A DNA stretch of 64,000 nt from Mobula hypostoma (lineage: Eukaryota): positions 198,340,001-198,404,000 of the forward strand of contig NC_086097.1 in the NCBI RefSeq assembly GCF_963921235.1, read 5' to 3'. Made by a program: the position numbers and the translations under genes. How positions within the stretch are numbered: position 1 is the stretch's first letter; each line of letters begins with the position of its first letter. Positions 12,190 through 26,319 of this stretch are shown in pieces. The notes beneath the pieces are model-generated. The model was not told the DNA's origin. It worked only from the letters and a program-made list of their open reading frames with translations, and did not search any database.

Positions 12190-12860
12190 TAAAGAGATAT
12201 GTTATGGATGTGATAGGAGGTGAGGACCTTGATTCAATAGCTATCACTAAAGAGGTAGTGTTGAGCAAACTTGTGGGCTTGAAGATAGACAAGTCCCCTG
12301 GTCCTGATGAAGTGCATCCCAGGGGACTGAAAAAAATGGCAGAAGTTATAGTTACACTGGTTTTGGAGGTGGTGCAGAGGAGATTCACCAGGTTGATTCC
12401 AGAGATGAGGGGGTTTGACTATGAGGAGAGGTTGAGTCACCTGGGACTATACTCAATGGATTTCAGGAGAATGAGAGGAGATCTTATAGAAACATATAAA
12501 ATTATGAAAGGGATGGGTAAGATAGAGGCAGGAAAGTTGTTTCCTCTGATGGGTGAGACTAGAACTAGAGGACATAGCTCGAGATTCAGAGGAGTAGATT
12601 TAGGATGGAGATGAGGAAGAACTGCTTTTCCCAGAAAGTGGTGAATCTGTGGAATTCTCTGCCCAGTGAAGCAGTGGAGACTACCTCAGCAAATATATTT
12701 AAGACAAGGTTGGATAGATTTTTGCATAGTAGGGGAATTAGAGGTTATGGGGGAAAGGGCAGGTAGGTGGAAATGAGTCCATGGCTAGATCAGCTATGAT
12801 CTAATTGAATGGTGGAGCAGGCTCAAAGGGCCAGATGGCCTACTCCTGCTCCTATTTCTT
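12190..12860 (+). mobile_element. CR1 fragment with the RT core internally deleted
   Basis: ORF 12162..12614 joins KSPGPDEVHPR..AEVIV directly to LEVVQRRFTRLIP; CR1 3' UTR follows. Confidence 0.85.
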
Positions 12861-12861
12861 T

Positions 12862-14815
12862 TCATGGCCAATCCAATTTTCCTCTCAGCCCTAATCTCCA
12901 GCTTCCTCCCCATGCCATGACAAATAAAGAGTCTATCAATCTTTGCCTTAAATATACATAAAGTCTTGGCCTCCACAGCTGTCTGGAGTAAAGAATTCCA
13001 CAGATACACCACTCTCTGGCTAAAGAAATTCCTTCTCATCTCCACTCTATTCTGAGGCTGTGTCCTCCAATCTTAGACCCTCCCTCCAAAAGAAACATCC
13101 TTTCCATATCCACTCTGTCAAGGCCTTTCATCACTTGGTAAGTTTCAATGAGGTCTCCCCTCATTCTTCTTAATTCAAGTGAAGACAGACCCAGAGAAAT
13201 CATACGCTCTTCAGATGACAAGCCATTCAATCCTGCACATCCTTTCTAAAGTGAGGGACACAAAACTGCTCATAATCCTCTTTGGGATGTCTATACTGTA
13301 TCCCATGCCTTCCGAATTGCTTCCAGGAATTCCAGCCATTGCTGCTCTGCCGTCATCCCTGCCAGTGTTCTTTTCCAATTAATTTGGCCAACTCTGCTCT
13401 CATGCCTCTGTAATTCCCTTTACTCCACTGTAACACTGATAACATCTGACTTTAGCTTCCCCTTCTCAAATTTTAGGGTGAATTCAATAATATTATGATT
13501 ACTTTTCCCGAAGGGTTCTTTTACCTTAAGCTCTCTAATCAATTCTGGTTCATTGCACAACACCCAATCCAGAATAGGTGATCCTCTAGTGGGCTCATGC
13601 ATGAGCTGCTCTAAAAAGGCATCTCATAGGCATTCAAGAAATTCCCCCTCTTGGAATCCGGCACCAACCTGATTTTCCAAATCTGAAATCCCCCATGATT
13701 ATTGTAACATTGCTCTTTTGGCATGCATTTTCTACCTTCCATTTTAATTTGTAGGCCACTTCCTTACTACTGTTGGGGGCGGGGGGTGGTGGTGTCTGTG
13801 GACAACTCCTATCAGAGTCTTTTTACCCTTGCTGTTTCCTTAGCTCTGTCCACAATGATTCAACACCTTCTGACCCTATACCACCTCTTTCTAATGATTT
13901 GATTTCATTTTTTACCAACTCCATGCTACCTCCTCTGCCTTCATGCCTGTCCTTTTGATCCAATGTGTATCCTTGGACATTAAGCTCCCAGCTATAATCT
14001 TTCAGCCATGATTCAGTGATGCTTACAACATCATATCTGGCAATCTCCAACTGTGCTGTAAGTTCAGCTACCTTATTCTATCTACTGCGCGCATTAAAAT
14101 GTAACATCTTCAGTCATGTACTTACACCTTTCGATTTTGTCCAGCTTTTATGTTGCAACTCATTCTGTTGACAGCAATTTTGCTCTATCATCAGCCTCTT
14201 CTTCTTAGGAGTCTAACTACACATTGCCTCTTCTTGTAAACCAGCCACCTCATCTGCAGCACTATTATCTGCCTTTCCTGCGATAATTCTTGCATTGAAG
14301 TGCAAACCGGCCCTTCTGTACAGCTCTCACTTTCCCTGGGAGAGAGCCCAATGATCCAAAAATCTTATGCTCTCCCTCCTACACCAACTCCTTAGCCACG
14401 TATTAATCTGTATAATCTTCCTAGTGCTGGCCTTACCAGTATGTGGCATGGGTAACAATCCTGAGATAACAACCCTGAAGGTCCTGCCCTTTAACTTAGT
14501 ATATAATTCCCTGATCTCCCTCTGCAGAACTTCATCACCCGGCCGACCCATGTCATTGGTACCTTCATGGACTGTGACTTCTGGCTGTTCATCCTTCCCC
14601 TTAAGAATGCTGAGGACTCGATCTGAGATATCCTGGACCCTGGCACCAAGGAGGCAACATACCATCTGGGAATCTCGTTCTTGCCCACAGAACCTCCTGA
14701 CCATTCCCCTTACTAGTGAATCCCCTGTCACCACAGCGTGCCTCTTCTTCCTCCTTCCCTTCTGAGTCACAGACTCAGGGTCAATGCCAGAGACCCGACC
14801 ACTGTGACTTTCCTT
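12862..14815 (-). mobile_element. CR1 relic with SGNH-esterase ORF1, APE fragments and 3' end; RT deleted
   Basis: 14327..14770 gives AVVTGDSLVR..VCCLLGAR..GTND. 13823..14050 gives ITESW. 13036..13230 gives the C-terminus. Confidence 0.85.
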
Positions 14816-15229
14816 ATCTTAAAGATCTTGCAATAACAGAATGTAGAATAAAGTATTACAAGTCAGAGAAAGTACAGTACAGGTAGATAATAACATGAAG
14901 ATCGAGACGAAGTAGATTATGAGGTCAAGAGTCTATCTTATTGTATCAGGGGACTGTTCAAATAGTCTAATTACAGTGCGATAGAAACTGTCCTGAAGCC
15001 TGGTGGTACGTGTTTTCAGGCTTTCCAATTCCAATATACAGCTTAGTGTTTAAATGTTCATCCTTGTTAATAAGCTTTTATTATTTTCTGATTTCCATTA
15101 TATCTACTTGCATGTGTTAGCAGTACATTAAGAAAAGATCATAAATTGGTGATATCAGATGAAGCTACATGAGAGAAGGAAAAGATTTTAAAGGCTTACT
15201 TCTGGTGTGATCTCATCAAGAGCCTGTAT

Positions 15230-17040
15230 AATTGTAGTAAAACACCTTTTCTGCTATCCTCAAAGATCTCTTGCAATAAAGGCCAACAAAGCATTTGCCT
15301 TAACTGTTTGCTGCACCTGCATGTTCATTCTTAGTAAATGGTGTAAAAGAACACCTAGATCCCTTCATATGTCATCATTGCTCAATTTGCACCATTAAAT
15401 AATAGCCCCAATTTACCACAATTTAAATAACAAACTGCTTCTCCGTTATTCCTACCAAAGTGAATGACTTCACACTGATCCATGTTATACCACACTTGCT
15501 CTGTATTTGTCCATTCACTCATCTTGTCTAAACTCCTCTGCATTATCCTCAGAACTTACAAACTCTGGTCACTTCATTATAGGAAGGTTGTGGATGCTTT
15601 AGACAGGAGAGTTACCAGGATGCTGGCTGGATTAGAGAACTTGTGTTATGAGAAAAAGCTGAGTGAGCTAGGTCTTTTCTCTCGGGAATGAAAGAGGGTG
15701 AGAGGTTATTTGATAGAGATGTATAAGAGGATAAGGGTCATACATAGAAAGGAAAGTCAGCCCCCTTTTCTTCTACCTGGACAGAGGTGGCTAATGCAAG
15801 AGGGCATAATTTTATGGTGATTGGAGGGAAGTATGGGGGTATATCAGAGGTACGTTTCTCACATAGAGAGTGGTAAGTGTGTGGAACACAGTACCAAAGG
15901 TGGTGATAGAGGCAAATATACTAGGTACTTTTAAGAGACACTTAAGTAGGCATATGGATGAAAGAAAAATGGAGGTCTATGTGGGAGACAAGTTTTATAT
16001 TGACCTTGGAGTAGGTCAAAAGGTCTGCACAACATCCTGGGCTGAAGAGTCTGTACTGATCTGTACCGCTCTACCTTTTATGTTCTATTTCACCCGGTTT
16101 TGTGTCAGTAGCAAATTTTAAAATATTACATATGCTGCCTCCTCCCTTGTCCAGATCAAAGATGTGTGTTATAAGTAGCTGGTGTCCAAACACAACTGTT
16201 AGTGGTTTACCACTGGTCACCACTCATCACCCTGAAATTGAGACCTCTGTTCTGTATCCTGTCTGTCCAACTAATTTTCAGTCAATTCCAGGATATTATG
16301 TTTAATCTGACATGTTTTAATTTTGCATGTTAACATCTTATATGAGACTTTATAGAAGATGTTCTAGTAATCCAAACAAGCCACATCTACTTGTTCATGC
16401 TTATCTGTTCTAGCAGTTACATCCTCAAAAACCTCTGCGAGGTTTGTCAAACATAATTTTCCTTTCATAAATCCACATTGACTTTATCTAATCCTCTTGA
16501 TATTTTCTAACTTTGCTGCTCTACTATAGACTCCAGCGTCTTTCCTACTATTGATGTTGGGCTAATCAATCTGAGTTTGCTGTTCTCCTCTTTTATTTGA
16601 ATAATATGGTTGCATTTGCCATCCTTCAATCTATAGCATCCATTCTATAGTCTACAGACTTTTAGAAATGATAACTGTTTCCATGGTTACCTCTTTTAGT
16701 ACACTGAGATGCATATTATTCGACCCTGGTGATTTATCAGCATTTCATTTTCATTAATTTAACCAGCACTTTGTTTTAACTAATACTAAATTCTTTTAAT
16801 TACTCCTTTTCATTGGACTGTTGTTTCTGGGATATTATTTGTGTCCCCTTCCTTCATGGAACAAAAGTGTTTAATAACTGTACCCCATTGTAAATTCTCC
16901 AGTTACTGAGTGTAAGATACTGACATTTGCCTTCATAAATCTTTTTTTATATCCTTTTGCATACTTGGAGAAGTTTTCACAGTCAGCTTTTATGCCTTTT
17001 ACAATCTATTATATGATTCTTGCTTACTTAATCAATCTCT
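15230..17040 (-). mobile_element. Old CR1 relic hosting a plus-strand CR1 3' fragment (~15555-16090)
   Basis: Degenerate reverse-complement CR1 RT sequence. The inner fragment reads WSLHYRKVVDALDRRVTRMLAGLE. Confidence 0.65.
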
Positions 17041-17059
17041 TAAAGATGTTTCTTAGTGA

Positions 17060-18900
17060 AAATGCTATCTACAACTTTGATAAAAATGCATTAATGGTTA
17101 GATACTACAGAAAGAAATTTAAATGAAGAAGCAAGCAATAAGCCCAGCTAAAATTAGACCAGAGATATACAACAACCTGATCAATTTACTCACACCTCAA
17201 GGAGCAGAGATGTGTTCAGAAATGGAGGAACATTTCAGCCCAATATCTTTGGAGGTAACTGAAAGCTCAAATTCAAAAATTAAAATCAGAACTATGGGAA
17301 ATTATCAACAGTTACATTGTGGCAATGAAAAATCTTCTATTACATTGCAACTTTGGTGAGTTTCTTAACAGAACTCTGAGATGTATTTGTTCTGTCCATT
17401 TATTGATGCTAGTTATAGACAGTGACTGAGCTCACTTTTCAGAAAGCCTGTCAGGTGGAAACTTCAGTGGAAATGGTGATGTTAAATATTAAAGAAAACT
17501 TCTGCCAGAGCAAAGAGTATGCATAGTGATCAGCTTGTAGAAGATACAATGGCAGTCACCCAGAACAGTGATGCGAGCTCAGAACAGCTTCTGTTATAGC
17601 TGCCCATATCAGGGTCACAGTGCAGGAGATTGCAGGTCGTGACTGAAACTGAATGTGCGGTCAGATGTCCACATCAAACTCCAGTGCAAGGAATTTGATG
17701 ACTGCAATGGTGAAATGGTAAAACTGGTTTGCCTGCTGTAAGTGGACAAAATGAAAAAGTGTATCAAGATTTCAGAACACACATATTGATGAACAACAAG
17801 CAATTCAACATTAAAAATTGTGCTGTTAGGGACTGCTTTATTATAAACTACATTACTTATTCACAGAACTTCTACAGTATTCCTCAAACAAATAGCATGG
17901 TACAATTATGAATGTATTTAGGAGAAGTTTCTCAAGAGAAATGGAATGTTTGATGAGATATAATGACCAATTGAAATAAACCTACCTTAATGGGACAGGT
18001 TTGCCTATGACAATTAATACTGAACTGAGAACAAAGGACAGTATAGCACAGGAACAGGCCCTTTGGCCTATGATGTTGTGCCTAACTAATTAAGTTAATG
18101 ATACCTAATTAAACTAATTCCTTCTCCCTACGCGTGGTCCCTATCCCTCCATTCTCTGTATACTTATGTGCTTGTCTAAGAGCTTCTTAAACCCCTCTTT
18201 CGTGTTTACCTCCACCACCTTCTCTGACATTGCAATCCAGCCACTTACCTCTGTCTGTGTTAAAAGTTTGCCCTCCAGATCTCCTTTGAACTTTTCCCCT
18301 CTGACAAATGCATGTCCTCTCGTATAATCCATTCATTCCCAAGAAAAAGACCCAGATCAATGCCTTTCGTTATTTTATAAACTTCCATCAGATCTTCCCT
18401 CAGCCCCAGAAAAAAAACAACCCTAGTCTGCTTAGAGTTACATGCCTTCAAACCCAGGAAGCATCCTGGAAAACCTCTTCTGCATCCTCCCCAATGCATC
18501 CACAGTCTTTCTATAATGGGGAATAATCAAGGTGCGGTCTAACTAGAGTGTTAAGAATCTACTCAATTTGGAAATGATAAGTCATATCTGGCAAAACGAA
18601 TAGGTATGAAGACGTGTTTGATGGTAATATTAAAGGCTATAAAGTGCACATTCACAATAAAGAAGAAGTAAAACCTATTTAGTGAAAGTCAGGACTAGAC
18701 ACTGTACCTGAGTTAAAAATAGCATAAGATGCTTCAGGCTATGTCCCGAGGAAAGTTACAATTAAAAGACCCAACTGTAGTTTGTGCTAATGAACACATG
18801 TGGGAGAAGTGCATTGACCGAAGACTGTTGAATAGAATTGCCATTGTATCAAGATTCTTAAAAATGGAGAATCAAAGAAAATATTTGAGCTTCATATGAG
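17060..18900 (+). mobile_element. Highly decayed Gypsy LTR-retrotransposon gag-pol relic, interrupted by a minus-strand CR1 fragment (~18035-18550)
   Basis: Gag-like YNNLINLLTP..EEHFSP..E, CNFGEFLNRTLR, LTFQKACQV. Pre-RT YEDVFDG..IKGYKVHIH.KEEVKPI at ~18605-18680. Confidence 0.55.
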
Positions 18901-18959
18901 ACATAATACTGTAGAGAGAATGAAGCAATTGTATCCAGTTTAGTATTTTGACCAGGCTT

Positions 18960-19300
18960 GAATCAAAATGTAGAGTATCTTTATATATGTTGAAGGCTGA
19001 GGGACTGTGAGTCTTTTTCCCAGGATAGAAGTTTCAAATACTAGAGTGCATAGGTTTGACACGAGAAGATGAAAATTTAAAGGAGGCTTTTTTTTACACA
19101 GAATGGCAGATGTCTGGAACACCTGCCAGGAGAAGTAGTAGAAGCAGTTACAATAAAAATGTTTGACAGTCATTTAGATAGACAGATGTAGAGAATAAAG
19201 GGACATGAACCATGTGCAGGCAGATGGGATTTCTTTAGATTATCACAGATATAGCGGGCTGAAGGGCCTGTTCTTGTGTGGTAGTATTCTGTAAGTTATA
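18960..19300 (+). mobile_element. CR1 3' fragment
   Basis: Degenerate C-terminus (TRVHRF..FFTQ..WNT) and 3' UTR gggctgaagggcctgtt. Confidence 0.6.
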
Positions 19301-20024
19301 TGGACTGGAAAATCAAATTGGCAAAGCTAGCCTTGAGGACATGTTCAGTGGAATAAAATAAAAATAGAAGAAAAAGATGTAGGAGTTGGTTATTTTGCAC
19401 CGGTTGCCAACTCTGCCATCTAATAAGCTCGTGGCTGATTCTTTACCACAGGACCATTTTTCTGCACTAATCTCCATGGTAAGTGCAGGGATATAATCCC
19501 TTTCATACACATCAACTCCAACTATTTCTCCTATCACTTGTCTACACTTGGTCATTTACAGTGGAAAATCTGTTGTTTTCCCTCTCACTGTGGAAGGGGA
19601 GACACCTATCTGTCCCTTGTTAGTGAGGGAGAGAGCATGTGGCATGTCAAAGTGCTGGGTTGTGGGCTGTAGTTTTTGTGGACTGCAAATCTTGGGCTCT
19701 TTGAGGGCTTTGCTATTGCTTACTTCGTGTGTGGTGGAACAAAAGGAGGAGAGAGAGAGAGGTGGGGAGGTTTGATGCTTTGCTGCTGCTTGTGTGTGGG
19801 AGGGCTTTGGTGTTCTAATATTTTTCTGTCATTCATTCTTTGGTGTTTTCTCCTGTTTCGTGGATGCCTGGGAAGAGTAAGAATTTCACATTGTATACTG
19901 TCCACATTCTTTGATATTAAATTGAACATTCCACTGAGAAATTTAAAAAATCGATATGAAAGATGTCCCATCTGTATTCAACTAAGACATCAGGGATAAT
20001 AACAAGTAGAACAATAGAGCATAC

Positions 20025-20160
20025 TGCCAGTTCTGTCAAAGGGTCTCGGCCCGAAACATTACTGTACTTTTTTTCCATAGATGCTGCCTGGCCTGCTGAG
20101 TTCCTCCAGCATTTGTGGGTGTTGCTTGCATCTGCATTTGCAGATTTTCTCTTGTTTGTA
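20025..20160 (+). mobile_element. Penelope-like terminal fragment with degenerate hammerhead
   Basis: ctgtcaaagggtctcggcccgaaac...gatgctgcctggcctgctgagttcctccagcat, the same block as 42014-42108. Confidence 0.8.
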
Positions 20161-21169
20161 AGCATACAAAAAGGGTTGGATCTTTTGACACATGGACCAG
20201 CAGTTACTTGATTATCTGCTGGCGTTTACCTTCATTTCTGGTTGGAAGGTGGCTGCCTGCCAATCAATGAACTGGCACTTCTGAACATCTGTTCACTGAT
20301 GAGGACATCTCATTACACTAGTGGTTGATGGAATCTCCTGACATCAGTGAACAGACTTTCCCATTCAGCAATACAGATCCAATGAGAATTCTCTGGACAA
20401 CGAAGCCTCCAGATAAATGAAATTTCTCAGGCTCAAGATGGGGTTTGGGGATCTGTAGGAGAAAGTAAATTTGCTGTCCATTGCCTAATACATCAGTCAG
20501 AAAGACAGAGACAGTTCAAGCACACAATTGAAAAAAGACATGAATTGGCTCTAAAATTAAATAAAATTTATTCTCAAAAATCTTAGCACTTTCAGACTCT
20601 TGTTTTCTGCCATGTGATTGACATAGAAGTTCCAGTGACCTTTCAAGACAGTGTTTGTCCATTGAATGGGGAGGCTGGGAATTCTTCCATTAAGAAATAC
20701 ACAAATAAGAATTATTAGCTGTGAAAATCAGGAAGTGAGGTCATTTTCAGGGATGAGAATGTGGAGGGACGAGTGGACCAGGGAGAAGGTGGTCCCTGTG
20801 AAAAGCAGAAGACAGGGGAAGGAGAGTATTGGTAGGATCTCATTGCTGCTGGCGATGATTTGCTGGATTTGGATGGTAAAAGGGTGAAAGTTGAGGGCCA
20901 AGAGAACTCTATCTCTGCTCATTCTGGGAAGAGAGGTGGGAGCAGATGGCTTGGGAATAGAAGAAATGTAAATAATGGCTCCATTAAATATCGCAGAAGG
21001 TAAAACACATTTCTTAAAAAGGACAACATTTCAGAAGTGCTGGAATAGAAAGTTTAACCTTGAGAACAGATTCAGCTGAGATGGGAAACTGAAGGAAAAG
21101 GATGTCATCCTTATAGGAGGTAAGGTAGAGGAGAGGTGTAGTTAAAATACAAATGGGAGTAAGTTAGAT

Positions 21170-21550
21170 CAGGGGTCCCCAACCTTTTTAGCACCACGGA
21201 CTGGCTGACCGGGGAGGCGTGGTGTTCAAGTAGGGTTAAACTCACCTCAACTTGTCTTTTACAGTTAGGGTTGCCAACTTTCTCACTCCCAAATAAGGGA
21301 CAAAAGTAGCAGTCAAATCCTGGGACACTTGTGTTTACCCCAGGAAAGACTACTATGACAATGAAGCCTTGCACGGGCACCTGTGTGTGCATGCGTGACA
21401 TGCGCATGCTCGTATGTGCCGATTTTTTCCCACAAATCGGTTTTGGCTTAATCTTCTCGACTATACTGTACATACATTAATTCTACATGCTTTGTAGCCC
21501 ATGCTTTGCGGCCTGGTACCGGTCCGTGGCCCGGTAGTTGGGGACCGCTG
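21170..21550. mobile_element. Non-autonomous hAT (Charlie-like) DNA transposon / MITE
   Basis: TIRs CAGGGGTCCCCAAC...GTTGGGGACCGCTG; perfect 8-bp TSD AGTTAGAT at 21162-21169 and 21551-21558. Confidence 0.93.
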
Positions 21551-21557
21551 AGTTAGA

Positions 21558-21977
21558 TCATAAAATATAGGAGCAGAAATGGGTCGATCCAATTCTTCCA
21601 GTCATCCCCACTCTCCTACCTTCACCCCATACCCTTTGATGCCCTGGCTAATTAAGAACCTATCTATCTCTGCCTTAAATTTACCTAATGACTTGGATTC
21701 CACAGCTGCTCGTGGCAACAAATTCCACAGATTTACCATCCTCTGACTAAAGCAATTTCTCCGCATCTCAGTTCTAAATGGATGTCCTTCAATCCTGAAG
21801 TCATGCCCTCTTGTCCTAGAATCCCCTACCATGGGAAATAACTTTGCCATATCTAATGTTCAGGCCTTTTAACATTCAGAATGTTTCAATGAGATCCCCC
21901 CACATTCTCCTGAACTCCAGGGAATACAGCCCAAGAGCTGCCAGACATTCCTCACACGGTAACCCTTTCATTCCTGG
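21558..21977 (-). mobile_element. CR1 3' fragment
   Basis: ORF 21602..21850 LFPMVGDSRTRGH..WNLLP..GIKGYG. Confidence 0.85.
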
Positions 21978-22695
21978 GAAGTTGTTTTATAAGACCATAA
22001 GATATAGGAGCAGAATTAAGCCATTTGGCCCATCTGGTCTGTTCCGCCAATTAATCATGCTGAGCCATTTTTTGTCTCAGCCCCAGTCCCCTGCCTTCTG
22101 ATGTCCTGACCATTCAAGAATCTATCAACCTCTGCCTTAAATATACATAAAGACTTGTCCTCCATAGCTGCCTGTGGCAACAAATTCCACAGATTCGCCA
22201 TTCTCTGGCTAAAGAAATTTGTCATAATCTCTGTTCCAAATGGACATCCCTCTATTCTGAGGCTGTGTCTTCTGGTCTTAGAATCTGCCACCTTAGGAAA
22301 CATCCGCTCTATATCCACCCTATCATGATCTTTCAACATTTGATTAGACTCAATGAGAGACCCCCTCATTCTTCTGAATACCAGTGAGTACAGGCACAGA
22401 GCCATCAAACACTTCTTATATGATAAGCCTTTCAATCCTAGGATCATTTTCTTGAGCTTCCTTTGAACTATCTCAAGTTTCAGCTCATCCTTGCTAAGTT
22501 AAGGGGTCCAAAACTGCTCACAATACTCAAAGTGAGATCTCACCAGTGCTTTATAAAGTCTCAATATTACATTCTTGCTTTTATATTCTAATCCTCTTGA
22601 AATGAATGCTAACATTGCACTTGCCTTCTGATCACTGACTCAACCTGCAAATTAACCTTTAGAGAATCCTGCACAAGGACTCCCCAATTCCCTTT

Positions 22696-23575
22696 GAATT
22701 GAATTGACTTTATTTCTTACATCCTTCACATACATGAGTAAAATTCTTTACATTCCATCCAAGTGTGAAATGTGCAATCATAGTTATTTATAATAAATAG
22801 AACAGTCAATGTAATATAGACTACACACAAATCAGCATGAGTTCATCAGTCTGATGGCCTGGTGGAAGAAGCTGTCCCAGAGCCTGTTGGTCTTGGCTTT
22901 TATGCTGCGGTACCACTTCCCGGATGGTAGCAGCTGGAATAGATTGTGATTGGGATGGCTTGGGTCCCCAATGGTCCTACAGGCGCTTTTTACACACTTA
23001 TCCTTGTAAATGTCCTGAATCATGGGAGGTTCACAACTACCACATGTGCTGGGCTGTCCGCACCACTCCCTGCAGAGTCCTGCGATTAAAGGAGGTGCAG
23101 GTCCCATACCAGGCAGTGATGCAGCCAGTCAGCATGCTCTCAATTGTGCCCCTGTAGAAAGTTCTTAGGATTCGGGGGCCCATACCAAACTCCCTCAACC
23201 TTCTGAGGTGAAAGAGGTGCTGTTGTGCCTTTTTCACCACACAGCTGGTGTGTGCAGACCACGTGAGGTCCTCGGTGATGTGGATGCCAAGGAACTTGAA
23301 GCTGTTTACCCTCTCAACCCCAGATCCATCGATGTCAATAGGGGTTAACTTGTCTCCATTTCTTCTGTAATCCACAACCAGCTCCTTTGTTTTTATGACA
23401 TTAAGGGGAGAGGTTGTTTTCTTTACACCAGAGAGATTACTTCTTCCCTGTAGGCCACCTCGTTATTGTGTGAGATAAGGCCAATTAATGTAGTGTTGTC
23501 GGCAAATTTAATTAGCAGATTGGAGCTGTGGGAGGCGATACAGTTATGGGTATACAGGGAGTAAAGGAGGGGCCT
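22696..23575 (-). mobile_element. Rex1/Babar LINE 3' part
   Basis: ORFs 23037..23375 (FKFLGIHITEDLTW..KKAQQ..AWYG) and 22832..23107 (SFFHQAIRL); (GAATT)n tail. Confidence 0.9.
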
Positions 23576-23744
23576 CAGACTTTTGTATTTACTCTCCATT
23601 TAAAAAATAATCAACCAATTTATTTCTTCTACTAAAGTACATGATCATTCACTTCCCAACGCTATGTTCCATCTGCTACTTCTCTATCCATTCTCCTAAT
23701 CCTCATGTCCTTCTGTCCTTCTGTAGCTTTTTAAGTCCTTGTTA

Positions 23745-24040
23745 TAGTAGATCTCAATAAATAGCTTGTCTCCTGAAATGGAGACTGTGAGATCCAGAAA
23801 AGGGAGAGGAGTGTTAGGAATGGTCCAAGTAAATTTGATAGCAGGGTGGAAGTTGATGGCAAGGGTATTGAGTTCTGCACAAGTGCTGGAAACAACGCCA
23901 ATGCAGTCATGGCACAGAAGAGAAACAGTAGATGGGTGGTTCTGGAGTAGATTGCAACAAGCAGTGTTGCACGTAGCCGACAGAAAGACAGGCATAGCTA
24001 GGACAATAGAAATGCTCATGTCTACACCTTTAATCTGTAT
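23745..24040 (-). mobile_element. Penelope-like RT fragment
   Basis: NFHPAIKFTWTI..LPFLDLTVSISGDKL..IYY, similar to 40850-40960. Confidence 0.75.
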
Positions 24041-24044
24041 AATA

Positions 24045-26200
24045 GAAACATAGAAACATAGAAAACCTACAGCACAATACAGGCCCTTCAGCCCACAAAG
24101 CTGTGCCAAACATGTCCCTACCTTAGAACTACCTAGACTTTACCCATAGTCCTCTATTTTTCTAAGTTCCATGTTGCCATCCTAAGGTCTCTTAAAAGAC
24201 CCTATCGTATCCGCCTCCACCACCGTTGCCCGCAGCCCATTCCACGCACTCACCACTCTCTGCTTAAAAAACTTACCCTTGACATCTCTCTATACCTACT
24301 TCTAAGCACCTTAAAACTGTATCCTCTTGTGGCAACTATTTCAGCCCTGGGGAAAAGCCTTTGACTATCCATATGATCAATGCCTCTCATTATCTTGTAC
24401 ACCTCTATCAGGTCACCTCTCATCCTCCGTCGCTCCAAGGAGAAAAGGCCGAGTTCACTCAACATATTCTCATAAGGCATGCTCCCCAATCCAGTCCCCT
24501 TAGATCCTATGCCTCCTTACTTTCTCAATAAGCCTTGCATGGGGCACCTTATCAAATGCCTTGCTGAAATCCATATACACTACATCTACTGCTCTTCCTT
24601 CATCAATGTGTTTAGTCACATCCTCAAAAAATGCAAATCAGGCTCGTAAAGCATGACCTGCCCTTGACAAAGCCATGCTGACTATTCCCAATCATATTAT
24701 ACCTTTCCAAATGTCCATTAATCCTGCCTCTCAGGATCTTCTCCATCAATTTACCAATCACTGAGGTAAGACTCACTGGTCTATAATTTCCTGGGCAATC
24801 TCTATTCCCTTTCTTGAATAAAGGAACAGCTTCCACAACCCTCCAATCCTTCAGAACCTCTCCCATCCCCATGGATGATGCAAAGATCATCGCCAGAGGC
24901 TCATCAATCTCCTCCCTCGCCTCCCACAGTAGCCTAAGGTACATCTCATCCGGTCCCGGCGACCTATCCAACTTGATGCTTTCCAAAAGTTCCAGCACAT
25001 CCTCTTTCTTAATATCTACATGCACAAGCTTTTCAGCCTGCTGAAAGTCATCCTGCAATCACCAAGATCCTTTTCCATAGTGAATAGTGAAGTAAAGTAT
25101 TCATTAATACCCCTGCTGTTTCCTCTGGTTCCATACATACTTTCCCACTGTCACACTTGATAGGTCCTATTCTTTCACATCTTATCCTCTTGCTCTTCAC
25201 ATACTTGTAGAATGTCTTGGGGTTTTCCTTAATCCTGCCCGCCAAGGCCTTCTCATGGCCCCTTCTGGCTCTCCTAATTTCCTTCTTAAGCTCCTTCCTG
25301 CTAGCCTTATAATCTTCTAGATTCCTATCATTACCTAGTTTTTTGAACCTTTTGTAATCTCTTCTTTTCTTCTTGACTAGATTTATTACAGCCTTTGTAC
25401 ACCATGGTTCCTGTACCCTACCATAACTTCCGTCTCATTGGAACGTACCTATGCAGAACTCCACACAAATTTCCCCTGAACATTTGCCACATTTCTTCAG
25501 TACTTTTCCCTGAGAACATCTGTTTCCATTTTAAGTTTCCAATTTCCTGCCTGATAGCCTCATAGTTCCCCTTACTCCAATTAAACACTTTTCTAACTTG
25601 TCTGTTCCTATCTCTCTCCAATGCTATTGTAAGGGAGATAGAATTATGATCACTATCTCCAAAGTGCTCTCCCACTGAGAGACCTGACACCTGACCAGGT
25701 TAATTTCCCAATATCAAATCAAGTACAGTCTCTCCTCTTGTAGACTTATCTACATGTTGTGTCAAGAAACCTTCCTGAATACATCTAACAAACTCCACCC
25801 CATCTAAACCCCTTGCTCTCGGGGGATGCCAATCGATATTTGGGAAATTAAAATCTCCCATCATGACAACTCTGTTATTATTACACCTTTCCAGGATCCT
25901 TTTCCCTATCTGCTCCTCGATATCCCTGTTACTATTGGGCGGCCTAGATAAAACACCTAGTAAAGTTAATGACCCCTTCCTGTTCCTAACCTGCACCCAC
26001 AGAGACTCCATAGACAATCCCTCCATGGCGTCCACTTTTTCTGCAGCCGTGACACTATCTCTGATCAACAGTGCCATGCCACCACCTCTTTTGCCTCCCT
26101 CCCTGTCCTTTCTGAAACATTTAAAACCCGGCACTTGGAGTAACTATTCCTGTGCCTGAGCTATCCAAGTCTCTGTAATGGCCACCACATCATATTTCCA
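24045..26200 (-). mobile_element. CR1 with APE and partial RT; RT core internally deleted
   Basis: ORFs 25700..26134, 25418..25690, 24624..25058 and 24250..24489; (GAAACATA)n tail. Confidence 0.9.
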
Positions 26201-26319
26201 CTCACTGTGTCTCACCTGTCAGCCATTCCTCTATCCATGCTAGTATATTTCATGGAACATCTTTGAATGTTATCTTGTTGGATCTTATTATTGGATGCAG
26301 CCTCATGTGTGGCACCTGG

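Noticed and set aside
20165..20460. Possible continuation of the Gypsy relic (integrase region)
   Set aside because: Only faint resemblance; too decayed to support from sequence alone.
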